Positions 8,285-16,465 of a stretch of 32,000 nt of DNA are shown here, piece by piece. Under the pieces are notes generated by a model that saw only the letters and a program-made list of their open reading frames with translations, was not told the DNA's origin and searched no databases. Positions within the stretch are counted from its first letter, which is position 1, and each line of letters opens with the position of its first letter. The stretch lies in contig NZ_VZZK01000017.1 of NCBI RefSeq assembly GCF_008806385.1, positions 2,177 through 34,176 of the forward strand, read 5' to 3'. This DNA comes from Methylobacterium soli (GTDB lineage Bacteria > Pseudomonadota > Alphaproteobacteria > Rhizobiales > Beijerinckiaceae). The position numbers and the translations under genes were made by a program.

Positions 8285-8866
8285 TCACCGCTTCCACGGC
8301 TCAACCAACGCTTGGATCAAGCTTCGCGCTTTGTGGATTCCGTGTCCGATCAGGCTACGGCCCCTGTCGACAGGGACCAGACCGCACTCCGTTGGTCGGT
8401 CAGCATATTCGGACGCCACGGGTTTGATCGGCTTCGCCGGCACACCCGCATAGAACCACCCAGGCCTGACGTCTCCCATTACGACACTGCCCACGCCAAT
8501 CACCGAATGACGCCCAACTCGGCACGGCCCGAGAATGGTTGCGTTCGACGCGATCCAAGCACCCTGCTCGATTTAAATGTCGCGCCCCTGCTCCGGCACT
8601 GCAGTTTGGCGTGCGCTGTCGTATTGATCAATCGAATGTGTGCCCGTCAAAACGCAGACGTTGTGTCCGAAGAACGCGTGATCGCTGATGAATATGTGGC
8701 CGGAGACGGTGTTGAAGAGCGTGTTTACTAGACTGACGTCACGACCTAAATGAACGCGTTCGCGATCACCCCAGTAGGTGGGGCTAGCAACGATGCGCTC
8801 AAGGATATGAGGCATCAGCTCATCGACGAGATGCCGAGCCTCGTCCTGTGTGAAGCGTTGCGTCAT
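8285..8866 (-). pseudogene. left-handed beta-helix (hexapeptide-repeat) acetyltransferase with in-frame ochre codon
   Basis: ORFs 8573..8866 and 8285..8503 are in the same frame. The read-through translation is ..FGHNVCVLTGTHSIDQ..EQGRDI, then TAA (comp. 8573-8575), then IEQGAWIASNATILGPCRVGRHSVIGVGSVVMGDVRPGWFYAGVPAKPIKP. Confidence 0.7.
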
Positions 8867-8872
8867 CTCTTT

Positions 8873-9127
8873 TCAGGCTGCCCCAACAGGATCGAAGTGC
8901 GTTCCGCGCCGCGCATCTATGCGGTCGCTGGTCTCGGCGTTGACGATGCTCGTGCGCGGCGAGGCGTGGAAGCGAGCTGCCTCGGCCAAGTTCGGTTCGT
9001 ACCCCTCGTTTCTCACGAACAACGTCAGCATCGGATCGTCCATGTAGGCTTCGACCGAAGCGGGCATACTTTCCTCCATGATCGCCTGAGCGTTGCAAGG
9101 GTCACCGATTGTCGACGATTCCGTCAT
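8873..9127 (-). CDS. hypothetical protein (same frame as the downstream acetyltransferase, separated by TGA)
   Basis: This 84-aa ORF has GC-rich third positions. Its TGA stop (comp. 8873-8875) lies 2 codons before the acetyltransferase ATG, in the same frame. I cannot tell whether it is a separate gene or the N-terminal part of a once-longer gene. Confidence 0.3.
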   Translation of the reverse strand: MTESSTIGDPCNAQAIMEESMPASVEAYMDDPMLTLFVRNEGYEPNLAEAARFHASPRTSIVNAETSDRIDARRGTHFDPVGAA

Positions 9128-9440
9128 GGCTCAGTTCAACGGGTGGCGATCACTCATGCCGAGCATGTAGGCCCCGGTCATGCTGGCGCAACGCGGCGCT
9201 TGAGGCTTGAGGGGCGAAGCAGTCGCGCCAAGCTGGAACGTCGAACGGCACGATCTAAGGGACAGTTGATGCATGTATGCATTCCGAGCGGCTGGAGAGG
9301 GCGCCGGGACCGGCGGGTGAGCCGAATCGCTCGAGAAGAGCACCGCGGTCCGTCACCAGCGACGTCATCGCCTGCCTTCAGAGACGCATCAACGGAATGG
9401 CGAGTCGGTGCACGACGAAATGCATCAAACGCACCAGCCC

Positions 9441-10436
9441 CTACCAGAACCTGAAGGCACCGAGTCTGTAATCAACGACATCGGGCGAATTCGGCATATC
9501 AAGCTCCGTTGGAAAGACTTCCGAACTCAACTCCAGATGAACGTCCGCTGTCCTGATGAGTGTCAATTCAAGCGTACAGGGAAGCGGCACGCCTCCCAAT
9601 ATCAAATATGGGGAGCAGTTGTTTGCGTGAACGTGTATGACCTTGTGATGTGCGGTTAGATTTCCGATCGCGTCGGATAACAACTTTATATAGCTCTCGT
9701 CACGAAAATTTCCCGTAAAGTGAAGCTCGATTACAATTTGTGAGAACGTCGCCAATAGATTAAACGGCGCGTTCGCTAACATGCTCCATTCATGGCCCTC
9801 GATATCGCACTTCAGGATCAGTTCTCGGCAATTTTCATGGCCATTCGCCGCGATGAGATTGGCCAACGTGTCAAGCGAGCTGTTCCCAGACTTTACCCCC
9901 TCGATGCCAATCTTGAACCACGTAAACAAATCATGTTTTGCCGGGATATCGTCTATCGTATGATCATATTGAAATACAGCTATACCGCGCCGAGCTATAT
10001 CTTCATCCCATGAAACATCGTCATTGATCCCGAGAGAGTAGGCTGCCTCCACTCCTTCGAGCTTGTCGAGCATGATGTAACCGCCATCGTGATCTCGACC
10101 CATACGTACTTTCTTGAATTCAAGAGTAGCGTACGGAGCAAGTCGACGCAGGATCGGCAGCAAATCACTTTGCATTTTAGGCGACAGGTCATAAAGCTCG
10201 CTCCGGTGGAGAGCGAATTCCCTGAGCATTCCTTCCACGGACAAGTCATAGAGGCCGCGGCGCTGGAGCGCCGCATCCCTCAAACTGACAGCTTCTGCGG
10301 ATCGCTGAATAATCTCAATCAGCTCACGGACACTGTCGCACCTGTTTGACCAATGAACACATATTTCCTCCGTCTCCGGATCTCTCAGAAACACAAGATT
10401 GTAGGCCCATTTCACATCGTCAATGCTGATAGTCAT
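9441..10436 (-). CDS. FkbM-family methyltransferase-like protein
   Basis: This 331-aa ORF lies in a visibly AT-richer segment. The pattern GRDHDGGY....SLGINDDVSWDEDIARRGIAVFQYDHT....ILKCDIEGHEW..L......QIVIELH matches the FkbM/Methyltransf_21-type layout as I recall it. Confidence 0.6.
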   Translation of the reverse strand: MTISIDDVKWAYNLVFLRDPETEEICVHWSNRCDSVRELIEIIQRSAEAVSLRDAALQRRGLYDLSVEGMLREFALHRSELYDLSPKMQSDLLPILRRLAPYATLEFKKVRMGRDHDGGYIMLDKLEGVEAAYSLGINDDVSWDEDIARRGIAVFQYDHTIDDIPAKHDLFTWFKIGIEGVKSGNSSLDTLANLIAANGHENCRELILKCDIEGHEWSMLANAPFNLLATFSQIVIELHFTGNFRDESYIKLLSDAIGNLTAHHKVIHVHANNCSPYLILGGVPLPCTLELTLIRTADVHLELSSEVFPTELDMPNSPDVVDYRLGAFRFW

Positions 10437-10677
10437 TATTTTCGAACCTCATGATGTCACTAACCAGACATCTTAATCTTGTATTTTTGGTAGATACGCA
10501 GCGACTGGCAAACAGGATTGGCCGTTGTTCGAGCGACTGCTGTGGACAAGCCTCCGTGAACGCGCAGTTGTCGCGGTCATGGCTCCAGTGCAGGCTTCGC
10601 AGATCCTGAGAGAGGGCAGGCCGTTCTCTTGTCAACGATGAAAATCGTTCTCTGATGGAAGGCGCCAAATCGGTCTC

Positions 10678-10890
10678 TCAGTTCACCGGTTGCTGGCCGC
10701 TCATACCGAGCAGATAAGCTCCTGCGATCAGCTGCTCGCCGGTCACCTCTTGGCCGTCGACCATGTAGGCCTGCTGGCCGTCCTGCTCGACAATTTCGAG
10801 CGCCAGACCGCCCGCGATGAGGGATCGGATCGCGTCGCTCAGAAGCTCGTCGATGGGCGAAAGCTCAGCCATGTACCAGATGGTACGCAT
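10678..10890 (-). CDS. hypothetical small acidic protein
   Basis: The C-terminal part of ORF 10678..11022 (MRTIWYMAELSPIDELLSDAIRSLIAGGLALEIVEQDGQQAYMVDGQEVTGEQLIAGAYLLGM..) looks protein-like, while the N-terminal extension is Arg/Pro-rich. The start is uncertain (ATG at comp. 10890 or 10872) and there is no clear SD. Confidence 0.35.
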   Translation of the reverse strand: MRTIWYMAELSPIDELLSDAIRSLIAGGLALEIVEQDGQQAYMVDGQEVTGEQLIAGAYLLGMSGQQPVN

Positions 10891-11076
10891 TGCCAGCGGA
10901 AATCCCAAACAGGTCTCCCGCCCCTGTCCCCTCCCCGGCACGCTCCGCCCGAGGCGCGAGAGGACGTCGCGCCAAGTCTGAGCGCCGGACGGTCTGATCG
11001 GAAGCGTGGGTGAGGCTGACATCGACCGAGAGCGGCGGGGAAACGCCCGGGTCAGGCGAGCTGACGGCGAGAACCG

Positions 11077-11388
11077 CTAGTGCCGAGAGTGCGCAGCCCT
11101 TCGCCGACTGAGGGCGGCGCCGTGGCGCTGTGGTTTGCGGGAGCGGCGGATTTGGGCCTGCGGCGGCGCCACTTGTTGAGCCGCGGCAGCGGGACCGTCG
11201 TGAGCCGCGACGATGCGGCGCGCCTCGTCAACGCTCATCCCGCAGGTCGTCAGGCCTTGCAGAGTGCCCAGGGCGCGATGGTACTCAGGGAGGTTGGGGC
11301 ATCCGGGGATGCCCCACGCCAAGGCTGCGGCGGGCACTCCAATCGCCGTCACGAAAGCGAGCAGGGCAGCGCTATTCCTGAACGACAA
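11077..11388 (-). CDS. small secreted protein (hypothetical)
   Basis: TTG start with a GAGGAG SD about 9 nt upstream. A signal-peptide-like N-terminus SFRNSAALLAFVTAIGVPAAALAWG is present. Two Cys residues and a basic tail follow. Confidence 0.45.
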   Translation of the reverse strand: MSFRNSAALLAFVTAIGVPAAALAWGIPGCPNLPEYHRALGTLQGLTTCGMSVDEARRIVAAHDGPAAAAQQVAPPQAQIRRSRKPQRHGAALSRRRAAHSRH

Positions 11389-11676
11389 AGCCGAGGCTCC
11401 TCACGATCGATGGCGGATACCTGTCGGTAGGATACCGCATGCCTCGTCAGATGGGACCAGGCAGTTGGCTGCACCCCCTCTCGCGAGCCACCCGTCCGTC
11501 GGCCTCCTGCTTGGCTATGCGGAGGGAACTCGAGCCCGCCGGCCACGCTCCGACGCGACAGCACTGGGACGGCCAAAGTCGCGCGGGTGCACCGCGCAAA
11601 CAGAGTGTTGTTGTGGAGTAGTTGGGGAGCGCCCGAGATTCCGCGTCATCGGATGGCGCTAAGTCATTGATATGTA

Positions 11677-11729
11677 TGGTGGGCGGTGAGGGACTCGAAC
11701 CCCCGACCCTCTCCGTGTAAAGGGGAGAC
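11677..11729 (-). tRNA. 3' fragment of tRNA-Val(UAC): anticodon arm through CCA, no 5' half; probable attachment-site copy
   Basis: The reverse complement reads TCCCC-TTTACAC-GGAGA / GGGTC / GGGGG-TTCGAGT-CCCTC / ACCGCCC-A-CCA. These are the anticodon stem-loop (anticodon TAC, one C-A mismatch in the stem), a 5-nt variable loop, the T arm, the 3' acceptor strand, the discriminator and CCA. No matching 5' acceptor (GGGCGGT) or D-arm (TAGCTCAG) follows. The homology ends at a 14-bp palindrome. Confidence 0.65.
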
Positions 11730-11740
11730 TATTAATAGTC
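11727..11740. repeat. perfect 14-bp palindrome GACTATTAATAGTC at the inner edge of the tRNA fragment
   Basis: Read directly from the sequence. It is AT-rich in a GC-rich context and abuts the end of tRNA homology. Confidence 0.6.
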
Positions 11741-11869
11741 AGAAGCGTTCGGGGTGCAGCAAGAGTAGCCACCACGCTCTAGGACCTTCTCACTGATTGT
11801 GTCATAAGGAGCATCAAGCGAGCACCAGAGGATGGTTCTCTGCACCCCAGTTGCACCCCGAGTTCCTCC

Positions 11870-13063
11870 ATGGGCCGCCGTGCCGACGCCGAAAACCTTG
11901 TGCGCCTAAGCCGGTCGGTTGTAACCAAGCTCGCGCTTCAGCCCGGCCAGGGGGAGCGGATTTGGTGGGATGCCGAACTGGCCGGGTTTGGCTACCGGCT
12001 CCGTGGTGACCGGGCAACGTGGGTGATCCGCCCTCCCCGTGGTGGCGGGCGCTCTTCCCTCATCACCCTCGGTGCCGCCAACCTCATCGACATCGCGGAC
12101 GCTCGGCGAGCCGCGCGTGAACAGTTGGCGAAGGCCGCACTCGGCGAGGATACCCGCGCCGTGCGACGGATCGAGCGTGCGAAGGTTGGGCTGACCGTCA
12201 AGGACGTCTTCACCCGGTACACGGCAGATGCCGAGGGCAGGCTTCGCCCCTCGACCTTGGCGAACCTCCGCACGCATCTCGGCCAGCACTGGCAGGGGCT
12301 TCATGCCCTCCCCCTGGTATCGGTGCGCCGGGCTGACGTGGCCGAGCATCTGCGGAAGATCACAACCGGCTCGGGTCCGCAGGCTGCGCTGCGCGCCCGG
12401 CGAACGCTCTCCACCGTCTACGTCTGGGCCATTGGTGAGGGCCTGTGCGAGGCAAACCCGGTAGCAGGCACCAACCCGCCAGCCGTAGAGGTCCGACGCA
12501 CACGGGTGCTGAGCGACGCCGAGCTTGTAGCGGTATGGGCCTCCTGTCCACCTACCAGCGACTTCGGCCGGATCGTGCGGCTTCTCATCTTAACTGGGCA
12601 GCGGCGAGACGAGGTTGCGGGCCTCTTATGGAACGAGATCGATGAAATGGGCCGGGTGTGGCGCCTGCCGGCACCACGCACGAAGAATGGTCGCGCGCAT
12701 GCTGTGCCGTTGAGCGGGGCCGCCTTGGGCTTGCTGGAAGCCACCCATCGGATCGAAGGCAAGGCCTATGCTTTCGGCAGCGGTGACGGGCCATTCTCGG
12801 GTTTCAGCAGGGCGAAGTACCGCCTTGATAAACAGCTCGGCTTTAAGGAGCCGTGGGTGCTGCATGACCTTCGCCGTACCGCCGCTACCGGCATGTCCCG
12901 GCTTGGAACGTCGATTGAGGTAGTCGAGAAAGCGCTGAACCATGTCAGCGGCAGCTTCGGCGGCATCGTGGGGGTGTACCAGCGCCATGACTACGCGGAC
13001 GAAAGGCGCGAAGCGCTGGATCGGTGGGCCTCGCACGTTTTGAGCTTGTCTGACGCCAAATGA
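11870..13063 (+). CDS. int: tyrosine recombinase / phage integrase (P4-type, DUF4102-like N-terminus)
   Basis: 397 aa. The N-terminal arm-binding-type segment is GERIWWDAELAGFGYRLRGDRATWVIR. The catalytic region includes LLILTGQRRDEV, HAVPL, HDLRRTAATGMSRLG and ALNHVSGSFGGIVGVYQRHDY (the R..H-x-x-R..Y set). Confidence 0.9.
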   Translation: MGRRADAENLVRLSRSVVTKLALQPGQGERIWWDAELAGFGYRLRGDRATWVIRPPRGGGRSSLITLGAANLIDIADARRAAREQLAKAALGEDTRAVRRIERAKVGLTVKDVFTRYTADAEGRLRPSTLANLRTHLGQHWQGLHALPLVSVRRADVAEHLRKITTGSGPQAALRARRTLSTVYVWAIGEGLCEANPVAGTNPPAVEVRRTRVLSDAELVAVWASCPPTSDFGRIVRLLILTGQRRDEVAGLLWNEIDEMGRVWRLPAPRTKNGRAHAVPLSGAALGLLEATHRIEGKAYAFGSGDGPFSGFSRAKYRLDKQLGFKEPWVLHDLRRTAATGMSRLGTSIEVVEKALNHVSGSFGGIVGVYQRHDYADERREALDRWASHVLSLSDAK

Positions 13064-13188
13064 CCAGATAAGGAATCAGCAGCTCAAGTTCTAATTCGGG
13101 CCGTTGCTCCTGCTGGGGGGCGCGGTTGGACGGAAGCCAGCGTTAAGCGCCGGCCGACCTCAGCTTCCGAAGAACTGAGCGATCCCCT

Positions 13189-13374
13189 ATGTCCAATACG
13201 AACGTTGTCCTGCGCCTCCCCGTGGCCTGCGAGGCTGCCAGCCTGTCGCTGAGCACCTTGCGCCGCCTGATCCGCGCCGGCCGTGGTCCGCGCGTCATCC
13301 AGCTTTCGGATCGCCTCATCGGTATCCGCCGCGCGGACCTGGACGATTGGCTGACCAGCCGCTCCCGCAAGTAG
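13189..13374 (+). CDS. alpA: AlpA-family helix-turn-helix protein (excisionase / transcriptional regulator)
   Basis: 61 aa. The sequence LRLPVACEAASLSLSTLRRLIRAGRGPRVIQLSDRLIGIRRADLDDWL is the typical AlpA/Xis layout, and the gene lies just downstream of int. Confidence 0.8.
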   Translation: MSNTNVVLRLPVACEAASLSLSTLRRLIRAGRGPRVIQLSDRLIGIRRADLDDWLTSRSRK

Positions 13375-13383
13375 TTCATCACA

Positions 13384-13402
13384 GGTCCTAGCTACTAGGA
13401 CC
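13384..13402. promoter_or_regulatory. palindrome GGTCCTAG-cta-CTAGGACC (candidate operator)
   Basis: This perfect 8-bp inverted repeat lies in the alpA / next-gene intergenic region. Related copies are CTAGGACC at 11779-11786 (upstream of int) and CTAGaaGGACC at 13453-13463. AGGACCAT occurs at 13398-13405 and 13458-13465. Confidence 0.4.
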
Positions 13403-13467
13403 ATGCGTTCGCATGTGTTCGTTTGCGTCTCTATATCTAGCTTAGTCAACAGCTAGAAGGACCATCC

Positions 13468-13902
13468 ATGAACACTTCGAAGAAGTTCCTGACCCGACAG
13501 GAAGTGCGTAAGATGACCGGCTGGAGCCTCGTCTACATCGATAAATACGTCCCGCGAACCAAGGTCGGCGGCAAGGTGCTGATCCTGGTCGATGCGCTGG
13601 AGAACTTCCTGCCGGGCGGCAATCCGCTGTTCCGGGGCGAGGGCTCGCCCTTCGCGCTGGGCCTGCTGTTCCAGTGGAACGAGGGCAGTCCCTACGACCT
13701 CGGCTCGGACGACTGGAAGCGCTTCGGCAGCGAACTGGTGGACGCCTTCCGGGGCCACCTCAAGGCGACCGGCGCCTACGACACCGTGACCACGCTCGAA
13801 GACGCGCTGGCGTGGTCGAAGACGGTCGAGGGCCAGGCTTTCTTCGATCAGCACATCCCGTCGCCAGGCCGTCAGCGCCGCTTCGCTGTCTACGCAAAGT
13901 AA
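13468..13902 (+). CDS. hypothetical protein with N-terminal excisionase-like HTH
   Basis: 144 aa. FLTRQEVRKMTGWSLVYIDKYVPRTKVGGKVLI resembles a MerR/Xis-type HTH. The codon bias is consistent with neighbouring genes. Confidence 0.6.
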   Translation: MNTSKKFLTRQEVRKMTGWSLVYIDKYVPRTKVGGKVLILVDALENFLPGGNPLFRGEGSPFALGLLFQWNEGSPYDLGSDDWKRFGSELVDAFRGHLKATGAYDTVTTLEDALAWSKTVEGQAFFDQHIPSPGRQRRFAVYAK

Positions 13903-13975
13903 TCCCCCGCCCGAGGCTCAATCGGACGAGGGATTGATACTTCCGCTAACCGTATTGTGAAGGACTGTCAGCCCC

Positions 13976-16246
13976 GTGAATATAGTACGTCAGCCCATTG
14001 CGGGCAATACGAACCCGACCCTGGAAGCTGCCCTGGGCTACGCCTTGCTCGGCTGGCACGTGATTCCGGTCGATCCGGTGAACAAATGGCCCGCCGATCC
14101 CCTGACGGGCCGCAAGTGGAAGGGCTGGAAAGAGGGTGCGACCACGGAGGCCGCCGTTCTGGCCGACTGGTTCGGTGTCGAAAGTCGCTTCGGTGTCGGC
14201 ATCGCGACCGGCCGGAAGAGCCGCATCGTGGTGCTTGATTTCGACGTGTCGAAGGGCAAGGACGGCCTCGCCGATAAGGCGAAGCTGGAGGAGAAGTACG
14301 GCAAGCTCCCGGAGACCCTGACGCAATCCACGCCCTCGGGCGGCACCCAGGAATTCTACGCCCGCCCGGAGGAGGCCGAGGACCTTCCGAACCGCACCGG
14401 GTTTGGCTGGCAGATCGCCGGTCACCAGAACTACGCCCTGTGCGGTGTGGACGTGCGTGGCGACGCCGGTCAAGCCAACGTGCCGCCCACGGCGCGTGCT
14501 GGTAGCGCGTACCACTGGCACTCAGATCCCATTGGCACACCCCTGGCCGAGCTGCCGGCCGGCTGGATCGAAGCGCTGTCGGAGAAGCCGACGCCGCCCC
14601 CGAAGCCACCCATGTTTTCCGATCCTGATGCCGAGCCGAAGGCAGAGATCAAGGGCAAGATTGAGAGCGTCCTAGCCGGTTGCGCCGCGATCAGTCGCCT
14701 GAAGACCGAGCCCGGAAGCGTTCTCCAGTGGCTTTGGGCGATGGCGGCCGGTGTCATCGGTCGAACCGAGCGTGGCCGCCAAAACTTCCACGAACTCTCG
14801 GCCCTCGACAAGGACCGGTATGACAAGGACGATACGAACCTCATCCTCAACTACATGCTGGATAAGACCGGACCGCACGGGTGCGACAGCTTCGCCAAGG
14901 AAGTCCCCGATGCCTGCGCCGGGTGTCTGATACGGGGCAAGATCCGGGGACCAAAGGAGTTGGCCGAAAAGGACGCTAACCTGCTCGGCCTCATCCGAAC
15001 CAATGTCTACACGACCGATGGCAACAAGTTCTACGATACCGAACGTCGGCTGGTGAAGTCGGAGAAAGACTTCTCGGCAACGCACGACCACCTCGTCATC
15101 AAGTCCGCTTCGCCGGACAAGAAAGACGATGAGGGTAAGCCGAAAATGCTGCTCACCCGGGGCAACAAAAGCAAAGTGTTTACTCAAAGCCCCCTGGCGG
15201 CCAAGGCCGATATTGGGGAGTACACGCCCGGAGAGGTTCGGCGCATCTACAAGAACAGCCTGGGCCAGAAAGTCGCTAATACGTGGATCGATGACGGTAT
15301 TCCTGCCGTTCCGGGCGACTGCAGCGTCTGGGAGGATCACATCGATTGGCTGGTCCCGAACGATGAGGGTGAGCGTGACCTGTGGCTCGACGTCATGGCG
15401 CACTCGCTCCAGCGCCCCAACATCAAGATCCGGATCGCGCTCCTGCTGATCAGCCGCAATCACCAACTCGGAAAGGGCGCTCTGATCGAGACTTGGGGCG
15501 GGATGCTGGGAGCCACGAACTACGTGAAGCTTACCAACGCCGAGTTGCGGTCCGACTTCCAGGGCGGGATTTACAACAAGCGGCTCGCCTTCTTCGAGGA
15601 ACTGTTCGTCCGGGACCGGGACATCTACGGTGAGACGAAGGCGCTGATCACCGAACCGAAGCTGCGCGCACAGTTGAAGTTCCAGGATTTCGCCCCGGCG
15701 CGTCCGCCCCTGGCTATCGTCGCGGCCAGCAATGAGGATGTGCCTGTTCGCATCACGGAGCCGGCCGATGTCCGTTGGCACGTCACCCGGATCGACCGGG
15801 AGCGCCGTAAGCCTGAGTACTACGCGCGACTGGACCGGGAGGGGCCGCGCCAAATCGCGGCTTGGAAGGCGAAGCTCCTCCGGCGCAACATCTCCAACTT
15901 CAATCCCGCCGCCCCCGCACCGATGACGAAGGCCAAGGCTGCGCTGATCGCGGATAGCCGGAGCCCGTTCGATAAGGCGCTGGACCACGTGCTCAGCGAG
16001 ATCGGCCGGGAGGTAGTGATCTTCTCGGAGGTGAAGTCGAAGATGTTGCATCAAGGTCTGCGGGGCTCGGTGCAAGACCCTGAGATCGCCAAGGCGATGA
16101 AGGCACGGGGCTGGAAGCCGCAGGGCCAGCACAAGATCGGTCACGGCGATCTCAAGGGCTCATTCTGGAGCTTGGGCACCGAGTGGGACGGTGCCAGCGC
16201 GGGTGTGCTCCAGGCCGCCGTTCGGTGGCAGGGTGGGCCGGGGTAA
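13976..16246 (+). CDS. bifunctional primase-polymerase (Prim-Pol) fused to SF3/VirE-D5-like helicase domain; element replication protein
   Basis: 756 aa, GTG start. The N-terminus LGWHVIPV..GWKEGATT..FGVGIATGRKSRIVVLDFDV..TQSTPSGGTQEFY..VDVRGDAGQANVPPT..YHW matches the Prim-Pol motif order. The C-terminal part (ISRNHQLGKGALIETWGGMLG..FFEEL..AASN) is a P-loop NTPase of the P4-alpha/D5/VirE type. Confidence 0.85.
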   Translation: MNIVRQPIAGNTNPTLEAALGYALLGWHVIPVDPVNKWPADPLTGRKWKGWKEGATTEAAVLADWFGVESRFGVGIATGRKSRIVVLDFDVSKGKDGLADKAKLEEKYGKLPETLTQSTPSGGTQEFYARPEEAEDLPNRTGFGWQIAGHQNYALCGVDVRGDAGQANVPPTARAGSAYHWHSDPIGTPLAELPAGWIEALSEKPTPPPKPPMFSDPDAEPKAEIKGKIESVLAGCAAISRLKTEPGSVLQWLWAMAAGVIGRTERGRQNFHELSALDKDRYDKDDTNLILNYMLDKTGPHGCDSFAKEVPDACAGCLIRGKIRGPKELAEKDANLLGLIRTNVYTTDGNKFYDTERRLVKSEKDFSATHDHLVIKSASPDKKDDEGKPKMLLTRGNKSKVFTQSPLAAKADIGEYTPGEVRRIYKNSLGQKVANTWIDDGIPAVPGDCSVWEDHIDWLVPNDEGERDLWLDVMAHSLQRPNIKIRIALLLISRNHQLGKGALIETWGGMLGATNYVKLTNAELRSDFQGGIYNKRLAFFEELFVRDRDIYGETKALITEPKLRAQLKFQDFAPARPPLAIVAASNEDVPVRITEPADVRWHVTRIDRERRKPEYYARLDREGPRQIAAWKAKLLRRNISNFNPAAPAPMTKAKAALIADSRSPFDKALDHVLSEIGREVVIFSEVKSKMLHQGLRGSVQDPEIAKAMKARGWKPQGQHKIGHGDLKGSFWSLGTEWDGASAGVLQAAVRWQGGPG

Positions 16247-16250
16247 ACCG

Positions 16251-16463
16251 GTCTACCCTTCCGGAAAGGGTAGACGGAAAAACTCCAACCAAATCAAAGG
16301 TGTCTACCCCGTCTACCCGTCTACCCCCCTCCGAGCCATAGGTAGTTAGGGAGAAAAGAATTTTTTTAGAAATTAGGTAGACTGGTTAGACAGGTTAGAC
16401 GGCGTTGTTTTTAAAGGGAAATTTCCGTCTACCCTCTGGGTGGGTGGGTAGACAAGGGTAGAC
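16251..16463. repeat. iteron field: at least 8 perfect plus 3-4 degenerate copies of GTCTACCC / GGGTAGAC around an AT-rich core (putative origin/operator)
   Basis: GTCTACCC occurs at 16251, 16302, 16311, 16319 and 16427. GGGTAGAC occurs at 16268, 16446 and 16456. Degenerate copies are GGTAGAC at 16376, GGTTAGAC at 16384 and 16393, and GGTAGTTAG at 16341. AT-rich stretches lie at 16351-16375 and 16405-16425. Confidence 0.7.
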
Positions 16464-16465
16464 GA

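Noticed and set aside
11677-11790. Whether a complete tRNA gene is present on the minus strand.
   Set aside because: Only the anticodon arm, variable loop, T arm and 3' acceptor-CCA are present. The upstream sequence (..GACTATTAATAGTC AGAAGCGTTCGGGG..) has no D-arm and no 5' acceptor strand complementary to ACCGCCC. It is therefore called a fragment.
14672-16144. A 490-aa minus-strand ORF. Similar long antisense ORFs include 6532..7659, 7663..8304, 13946..14521, 20195..20770, 21170..21730, 25593..26384 and 31192..31947.
   Set aside because: All lie entirely antisense to genes with clear motif support (primase, umuC, drmD, drmMI, drmB). They have Arg/Pro/Gly-rich low-information translations typical of shadow ORFs in high-GC DNA.
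16251-16275. The hairpin GTCTACCCTT-ccgga-AAGGGTAGAC directly after the primase stop, considered as an intrinsic terminator.
   Set aside because: It is followed by GGAAAAAC rather than a U-tract. The arms are two iteron copies, so it is interpreted as part of the iteron field.
16251-16463. Whether the short repeat array is a CRISPR.
   Set aside because: The repeats are only 8 bp, occur in both orientations, and have irregular spacing of 0-100 bp with no unique spacers of constant size. This is iteron-like, not CRISPR.
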